From assembly GCA_965243135.1 (NCBI GenBank), contig OZ251539.1:96001-160000 (forward strand): a stretch of 64,000 nt of DNA, written 5' to 3'. This DNA comes from Alphaproteobacteria bacterium. Its GTDB lineage: Bacteria; Pseudomonadota; Alphaproteobacteria; MPNO01; UBA830. Below, piece by piece: positions 32,701 to 41,700 of this stretch. Numbering within the stretch: the first letter of the stretch is position 1; every line of letters begins with the position of its first letter. Under the pieces are notes generated by a model that was given only the letters and a program-made list of their open reading frames with translations, made no database searches and had not been told where the DNA came from. The position numbers were made by a program, and so were the translations under genes.

Positions 32701-35700
32701 CCCTGCGGTGAAGGTCAGCGAGGACGGCGACACCGCGCCCTCGCCCGGGTCCGAACTGGCCAACGGCACGGCCACGACCCCTTCCGGCTCGCTGAGCAGT
32801 CTCACCGTGAAGGTCGCCGCGCCCCCCCCCTCCGTCGTCGACAGACCCGACGTCGGCGACACCTCCACGCCCGCTTCGTCGTCGAGGTTGCGGGCGTAGA
32901 TGGCGGCGGCGGAAAGCGCGTCGTAGTTGGCGTCCGCCGTGTTGGTCGTGTCCACCGTCAGCGTGACCGTGTAGTTCTGGCTGCCGTCGGGCGCGCCGGG
33001 GTTGTCGTCCACGCCGGTCAGGGTCACCGTCTGCGCCGTGTTCCAGTCAGTCGGAGTGAAGGTCAGCGACGACGGCGACGCCGTGCCCTGGGCCGTGTCC
33101 TGGCTCGCAACGTCGATCTCCACGTTCCCGGTCGGCTCGGTCGCCAGCGTCACCTCGACCGTGGCCTGACTGCCGTCCTCCGACGTGCGCACCCGCGAGG
33201 CCGTCGTCGTCTCCGGATCCATCACGACCCCCGCCGTGTCGTCGTCGGCGATGGTCAGGGACGCCCCGGTCGCCGCCGCCGTCACGCCGTGGCCGTTGGC
33301 GGCCGTTCCCGTCACCGTCGCCGCGTTGTCCGCCGCGTCCACGGCGTTGTCCACCGCGGTAATCGTCGCCGTGTCCGAGCTCGCGGTCTGCCCCGCCGCG
33401 ACGACGATGGTGGCCCCCGCCCCCGAGGCCACCGAATAGACGTTGGCCTGCGCCGTCACCGTCACCGTGGTCGGCTGGCTCGACCTGCCCGAGAGCGTCG
33501 CGCTCACCGCCGCCGTCCCGCCGTTCTCCGAAATCGACATCGGGTTCGCCGAGAGCGTGACGGTCGGCGTCGCGTCGTCGTCCTCCAAGGTCAACGTCAC
33601 GTTGGTGACGTTGCCCGCGCCCTGGCCGTTGGCCGCCGTCGCCGTCACCGTCGCCATCCGGTTCGGCTCGTCCACGTCGTTGTTCACGGCGGTAATGGTC
33701 ACCGTGTCCGAGGCTGCCGTCGTGTCGCCCGCCGCGATGACGATGCGGCCCGCCGCCCCCGAAGGAACCGTGAAGAATCCGGAGGAGGCCGTCACCGTCA
33801 CCGTCGTCGCCGCGCTCGACGGGTGCGACAGCGCCGCCGACACCGCCGCCGTCCCGCCGTTCTCGGCGATCGAGGCGTCCGACAGAGAGAGCGTCACCCC
33901 CGGCGCCGCATCGTCGTCGGTGATGGTCAGCGTCACCGACGGCGGGTTGTTGGCGAGGCCCAGGTTGTCGGACGCCGTGCCGGAAACCGTCACCGTTTTG
34001 TTCGGCGCGTCGGTGTCGTTGTCGGTCGCCGTGATCGTCACCGCGCCGGCGCTGGCGGTGGCGTTGGCCGCGAAGGTCAGCGTGTTGGCGGAACTCAGCG
34101 TGAAGTCCGTCCCCGAGCCGGGCGAAGCCGAAACCGTCACCGTCACCGCCACGGCGGACATCCGGTCCAGGGTCGCCGTCACCGTGGTCGCGCCGCCGTT
34201 CTCCCCGATCGAAGACGACGACAGCGCCAGCGTCACCTGCGGCGTATCGTCGTCCGTCAGCGTCAGCACGGCATTGGCCGGGTTCGCCGCCCCGTTGCCG
34301 CCGGCGGAGGTGGCCGAGACCGTCACCTGCTTGCTGCCCGACGCCACCATGTTGTCGTTGGCCCGGATCGTCACCCGCCCGGTGCTGGCGGTGGCCTCGG
34401 CCGCGATGGTCAGAGTCGTTCCCGTCTGCGAGAAGTCCGCCGGCGCCGCCTTGGCTCCCGCCGCCGACGCCACCGTCAGCGTCAGCGCCTGGCTCGACTT
34501 GCCATCCAGCGTCGCCGTCACCGTCGTCACCCCGCCGGCCTCCGCAATCGAACTCGACGACAGCGCCAGCGTCGCCGCCGGCAGGGTCTCGTCGTCTTCC
34601 AGCGTCAACTGCGCCCCGGTGACGCTGCCCGCGCCCCGGTCGTTGGCCAGCGTCGCCGTCACCGTCGCCGTCCGGTCGGGCTCGTCGACGTCGTTGTCCA
34701 CCGCCGCGATCGCCGCCGTGTCGGAGGCGGCCGTGGTGTCCCCGGCGGCGATGACGATGGTGGCGTCCGAACCCACCGTGTAGAAGCCGGAGACGGCGGT
34801 CACCGTCACCGTGGTCGCCGCCGCCGAGGCGCGCGACAGGGTGGCGCTGACCGCCGAGGCGCCGCCGTTCTCGGCAATCGAGGCATCCGACAGGGCGAGC
34901 GTCGCCCCCGGCGGCGACTCGTCGTCGGTCAGCGTCAGCGTCGCCGCGGTGACGGCCATGGTGGTGGAATCGGCGCTGGCGCGGTCGTTCGCCACCGTCG
35001 CCGTCACCGTCGCCTGGCGACCGGGGCCGCCCTGGTGGACGGCGTCGTTCACCGCCGTGATCGTCACCGTGTCCGAGGCGTTCACCGTGTTCCCGGCCGC
35101 GATCACGATCCTGCCCGCCGCGCCCGACGGCGCCGTGAAGGCGCCGGACACTCCCGTTACCGTCACCGTGGTCGCCGCACCCGATGGGCGCGACAGGACG
35201 GCGCGGACGGTCGCCGCGCCGCCGTTCTCCGAGATCGCCGCCGGCGAGACCGCCAGCGTCACGCCCGGCGGGCCGTCGTCGTCGGTCGTGGTCACCGACA
35301 CGTCCGCGTCCGCCAGCGCGTTGTAGTTGGCGTCGCCGCTGGACGGGTCCAGACGCACGTCCCAGGAGACGTCGCCGTCGTCGACGTCGTCGTCCTCCCC
35401 GGTCACCGTCACCATCCGGGTCGCGCTCCAGGAGCCCGGCTGGAAGGTCAGGGTGGAGGGCGATACCCGGCCCTCGCTGCTATCGCGGCTGGTCACCGCC
35501 ACCGTCACCGCCTGCGCGGGCCGGCTCAGCAGCGCCACGGTGAAGGTCGCCGTCCCGCCCGCCTCCGTCGCCTGGCCGGTCACCTCCCCCACCACCAGGC
35601 GGTATTCGTCGTCGGCGTTCTCCGCATAGACGGTCACGGCCGAAAGCGCGTCATAGACGGCATCGGCCGTGTTGGCCGTGTCCACCGTCAGCGTCGCCTG

Positions 35701-38700
35701 GTAGTCCTGGTTGCCGTCGGCGGCGGCATCGTCCTGGCCGGTCAGGGTCACCGTCTGCGCCGTGTTCCAGTTGGTCGAGGTGAAGGTCAGCGACGAGGGC
35801 GACACCGCCCCTTCCGTCGCATCCGAGCTGGCCAGGTCCAGTTCCACGTTCCCGGTCGGCTCGCTCTCCAGCGCCACCGTGAAAGCCGCCGTCCCGCCCG
35901 CCTCCGTCGTCCGCAGCCGCGACGAGGTCGACGTCGTGGGCAAGATCGCGAACCCCGCCGTGTCGTCGTCGGCGATGGTCAGCGACGCCCCGGCGACGGC
36001 GCCCACGGCATGGCCGTTGCCCGCCGTCGCCGTCACCGTCGCCGCGTTGTCCGCCGCGTCCACGTCATTGTCCGCGGCGGTGATCGTCACCGTGTCGCCG
36101 GCGGCCGTCGTGTCGCCGGCGGCAATCACGATCCGCCCCGCCGCCCCCGACGGCGCCGAATAGACGTTCGTCTGCGCCGTCACCGTCACCGTGGTCGGCT
36201 CGCTCGACTTGCCCGAGAGCGTCGCGCTCACCGTCGCCGTGTCGCCGCTCTCGGAGATCGACGTCGGGTTCACCGACAGCGTCACCGTCGGCGTCGCCTC
36301 GTTGTCCCTGATCGTCAGCGTCGCACTGGTGACGCTGCCCGCGCCCTGACTATTGGCCACCGTCGCCGTCACCGTCACCATCCGGTCCGGCTCGTCGACG
36401 TCGTTGTCCACCGAGGTGATCGACACCGTATGCGAGCTGGTGGTGTTGCCGGCCGTGAATACGATCCGCCGCCCCGCCCCCGACGGCGCCGTGAAGGCCC
36501 CGGCCACCGGCGTCACCGTCACCGTGGTCGCCGCGCTCGACGGATGAGACAGCGTCGCCGACACCGCCGACGGCTGGACGTTCTCCCAGATCGACGCCAC
36601 GTTCAGCGACAGCGTCACCCCCGGCGCGCCGTCGTCGTCGCGAATGGTCAGGGTCTTGCCGGCCGGGTCCGCCACCCCGCGCCCTCCGTCCGCAGTTCCG
36701 GAGACCGTCACCTCCCTGTTCGGCGCATCGACGTCGTTGTCGTTCGCCGTCACCGTCACCAGGCCGGCGCTGGCGGTGGCGCCGGCGGCGATGGTCAGGG
36801 TGTTGGTCGAAGACAGCGCGTAGTCGCCCGCCACCGCCCCGGTCGAGGACACCGGCGACAGCGAGACCGTCACCGTCACCGGCTCGCTGGAGCCGTGGTC
36901 CAGACGCGCCGTCACCGTGGTCACGTTCGACGCGCCGCTCTCGTCGATGGCGGCGGCCGACAGCAGCAGCGTCGCCGTGGGCAGCGCGTCGTCGTCGGTC
37001 AGCGTCAGCGTCAGCGACGACGGCGCCGCCACGTTGTTGCCCCCCGTCACCATGCCCGAGACCGTCACCGGCTTGTTCGGCGAGTCCACCGTGTTGCCGT
37101 TGGCCGTCACCGTCACCACGCCGGCGCTGGTCGTGCCGCCGGCCGCGATGGTCAGGGTCTTGGCCGCGGAAAGGTCGAAGTCGGCCGCCGCCGCGCCGGT
37201 CCCGGCCGCCGCCCCCACCGTCACCGTCACCGCCTCGCTCGACTTGCCCGAAAGCGTCGCCGTCACCGTCGCCACTCCGCCCGTCTCCGAGATCGACGGG
37301 GACGACAGCGCCAGCGCCACGGTCGGCAAGGTCTCGTCGTCGGTCAGGGTCAGCGTCACGTTCGGCGGCGCCGCCGCATTGTTGCCGCCCGCCGCAGCGG
37401 CGGAGACCGTCACCGACTTGTCTCCCGAATGGACGTCGTTGCCGTTGGCCGTCACCGTCACCGTACCGGCGCTGGTCGTGCCGCCGGCCGCGATGGTGAG
37501 CGTCTTTGCGGCGGAAAGGCCGAAGTCGGCCGCCGCCGCGCCGGTCCCGGCCGCCGCCCCCACCGTCACCGTCACCGCTTCGCTCGACTTGCCCGAAAGC
37601 GTCGCCGTCACCGTCGCCACTCCGCCCGTCTCCGAGATCGACGGGGACGACAGCACCAGCGCCACGGTCGGCAAGGTCTCGTCGTCGGTCAGGGTCAGCG
37701 TCACGTTCGGCGGCGCCGCCACATTGTTGCCGCCCGCCGCGGCGGCGGAGACCGTCACCTGCTTGTCTCCCGAATGGACGTCGTTGCCGTTGGCCGTCAC
37801 CGTCACCGTACCGGCGCTGGTCGTTCCGCCGGCCGCGATGGTGAGCGTCTTTGCGGCGGAAAGATCGAAATCCGCCGCCGCCGCGCCGCTGCCCGCCGCC
37901 GCCGCCACCGTCACCGTCACCGCCTCGCTGGAGACGGCCGAAAGCGTCGCCGTCACCGTCGCCACCCCGCCCGTCTCCGAGATCGACGAGGACGACAGCG
38001 CCAGCGCCACGGTCGGCAGCGTCTCGTCGTCCGTCAGCGTCAGGGTCACGCTCGACGGGTTCGACAACAGGCCGTGGCCGCCCGCCACCGTTCCCGAGAT
38101 CGTCACCTGCTTGTCGGGCGCGTCCACGTCGTTGCCGTTCGCCGTCACCGTCGCCACGCCGACGCTTGCCGTCGAACCCGCCGCAATGGTCAGCGTCTTC
38201 GCGGTGGAGAGGTCGAAGTCGGCCGCCGCCGCGCCGGTCCCGGGCGAAGCCGCCACCGTCACCGTCACCGCGTCGTCGGACTTGCCCGACAGCGTCGCCG
38301 TCACCGTGGCCACCCCGCCCGTCTCCGAGATCGACGAGGACGACAGCGCCAGCGTCACGGTCGGCGTGGGGTCGTTGTCGTCCTTGGTGACGTCCACGGT
38401 CTCGTCGTCCAGGGCGCCGTAATGGCTGTCGCCGCCGCTGGCCGCATCCAGCGTGATCGCCACCGGCAGGTTCGCCGGGTCGTCCCGGTCGTCGTCCACC
38501 GCCGTAACCCGCAGCGTCTGGGCGTCGTTCCAGTCGCCGGCGGTGAACGCCAGCTCCTTCGAGGCCGCGAAGGCGCGCGCATTCGCGTCGCCGGCGTTCC
38601 TGGCCAGCTGCACCTCGTCGCCATCGGCGCTGGTCGCCGTCACCGTCACCGCCGCCGCCGGCTTGCTCGTCAGCTTCACCGTGAAGGTCCGCTCCGCCCC

Positions 38701-41700
38701 GCCTTCCGTCACCGTCAGCGCGCTCTCGGAGACCGTCAGCCCGGCCGTATCGACGTCGGTCGTCCGCACGGTCTGCGGACGCGCGCTCGCGCCGCCGATG
38801 ACGTGATAGGCGTCGGTCGCCTCGTCCGGGGTGTCCGGGACCAGGCGGAGGGTGTAGTCGTCGTCGCCGTCCACCACGTCGTCGACCACGCCGTGCAACG
38901 TCACCGTCTGCGCGGTCTCCCAGTTGGTCGCGGTGAAGGTCAGCCGGGTCGAGGCCGCCGCCGCGCCGCTGCCCGAAGACACCAGGCCCTCGTCCGACTC
39001 GCTGCTCTTCACCGCCACCACGATGCTCGTGGTCGGCTCGCTGTTCAGCTTCACCGTGAAGGTGTCGCTCGCGCCTTCGGCCACGCTGAGCCACACCGGG
39101 CACGGCGCCCGGCGGCAACGCGGGAAGGCCGGGTCGGTCACCAGCGCGGCGCGGTCGTCCTCCCAGATCAGCAGTTCCACGTCGGCCGGGGCCGCCAGGG
39201 TCAGCGCGCTGCCGAGGACGCCCTTCACCACCACTTTCTTGCCGGCGACGGCGTCGTCGACGATGGAGTCGATGCGGTCGTCCACCGCCGTGATCGTCAC
39301 CGTCCCCGCGCTGGCGGTGCTCCCGGCCGCGATGGTCAGCGTCTTCGCCGTCGACAGCGTGAAGTCGTCCGCCGCCGCATTGGTGTCCGCCGTCGCCGAG
39401 ACCGTGACGGTCACCGCCGCGCTGGCCGGGACGCTCAGCCGCGCCGTCACCGTGGTCATGCGCTCGGAGCCCGGCGCCGTAGCCAGCTCCTTGATGGTGT
39501 CCGCCTGGCCCGAGATCGGGTCCGACAGCAGCAGCGTCAGCGTCGCCGTGTCGTCGTCGGTCAGCGTCAGCGTCAGCGACGACGGCTCCGCCACGTCGTT
39601 GCCGCCCGTCGCAGTGCCGGAGACCGTCACCGACTTGTCCGGCGAGTCCACCGTGTTGCCGTTGGCCGTCACCGTCACCGTACCGGCGCTGGCGGTGCTC
39701 CCCGCCGCGATCGTCAAGGTATTCGCCGCGGAAAGGTCGAAGTCCGCCGCCGCCGCGCCAGTTCCGGGCAAAGCCGAAACCGTCACCGTCACCGCTTCGC
39801 TCGATTTGCCCGAAAGCGTCGCCGTCACAGTCGCCGCCCCGCCGGTCTCCGAGATCGAGGACGACGACAGCGCCAGCGCCAGGGTCGGCAGCGTCTCGTC
39901 GTCGGCGAGCGTCAGGGTCAGCGACGACGGCGCCGCCACGTCGTTGCCGCCCGCCGCGGCGCCGGAGACCGTCACCGACTTGTTCCCCGAATGGAGGTCG
40001 TTGCCGTTCGCCGCGATCGTCACGTCGCCGCTGCTGGCGGTGCTGCCGGCCGCGATCGTCAAGGTATTCGCCGCGGAAAGGTCGAAGTCCGCCGCCGCCG
40101 CGCCGGTCCCGGCCGCCGCCCTCACCGTCACCGTCGTCGCCTCGCTCGACTTGCCCGAAAGCGTCGCCGTCACCGTCGCCTCGCCGCCCTGCTCCGAAAT
40201 CGAACTCTCCGACAGCGCCAACGTCACCGTCGGCAGGCTCTCGTCGTCGGCGAGCGTCAGCGTCACGTCGTCCGGGTCCGACGCCCCGTCGCCGCCGTCC
40301 GCCGTGGCGGAGACCGTCACCGACTTGTCCCCCGAATGGACGTCGTTGCCGTTGGCCGTCACCGTCACCGTACCGGCGCTGGCGGTGGCGCCGGCCGCGA
40401 TGGTCAGGGTATTCGTCGCGGAAAGGTCGAAGTCCGCCGCCGCCGCGCCCGTCCCGGCCGCCGCCACCGTCACCGTCGTCGCCTCGCTCGCCGCCTTGTC
40501 CAGCGTCGCCGTCACCGTCGCCACGCCGCCCGTCTCCGAGATCGAGGATGCCGACAGCGCCAGCGTCACCACCGGCTTGTCGTCGTCCTCGACCGTCACC
40601 GTCACCGCGACGGGACGCTGCGCATGGGCCACGCCCTGCCCCACGTCGCCGAGCCCGTAGCCGGCCACGACGTATCTGAGGCGCAAGGTCCCGTCCTGGT
40701 GGTCGGCGTCCGCGAGGGCGTTCACGGACACCGTCTGCGCCGTGTTCCAGTCCGACGCCGTGAAGGAGTAGTTGATCCCCTGTGGGAAGCCGTGGCTGCC
40801 CTCCAGCTGGAGTCCGATGTCGGGGTAGATGCCGACCCAGGTCGTCTGTCCGGCAGGCGGTTCGCTGTCCAGGACCAGGGTGAGGTTCTTGCCGGAGCCC
40901 TCCTCGGTCAGGGTCAGGGCGGTGGGGGTGAAGGTCACGCCCGCCGTGTCGTCGTCGGTGAGCGTCAGCGTCAGGTCCGACGGCGCCGCCACCCCGTGGC
41001 CGCCCGCCAGGGTGACGGAGATCGTCACCGACTTGTCCGCCGTGTCCACGTCGTTGCCGTTGGCCGTCACCGTCACCACGCCCGCGCTGGCGGTGGCCCC
41101 GGCCGCGATGGTCAGCGTCTTCGCCGTGGAAAGCGCGAAGTCCGCCGCCGCCGCTCCCGTCCCGGCCGCAGCCGCCACCGTCGCCGTCAACGCTTCGCCC
41201 GATTTGCCCGAAAGCGTCGCCGTCACCGTCGTCACCCCGCCCGTCTCCGAAATCGACGTCGCCGACAACGCCAGCGTCAACGTCGGAAGAGCCTCGTCGT
41301 CGGCGATGGTCAGGACGACGTCCGACGGCTGGACCAGGGTCGTGCCGGAGCTGGCCGCGCCGGACACCGTCACGTTTCTGTCGGGCGCGTGGCGATCGTC
41401 GTCGGCGGCCGTCAAGGTCACCACGCCCGCGCTGGCGGTGGCGCCGGCCGCGATGGTCAGCGCGTTCGTCGAACTCAGCGTGAAGTCCGTCCCCGAGCCG
41501 GGCGAAGCCGAAACCGTGACCGTGACCGCCGCGCTGGGCGCCAGGTCCAGGCTGGCCGTCACCGTCGCCGCGCCGCCGTTCTCCGCGATGGACGAGGAAG
41601 ACAGCTCCAGCGTCACCGTCGGCGTCTCGTCGTCCTCCAGGGTCAGCGTCAGGTTCGAAGGCGCCGCCACGCCGCGGCCGCCCGCCGCCGCCGCGGAGAC

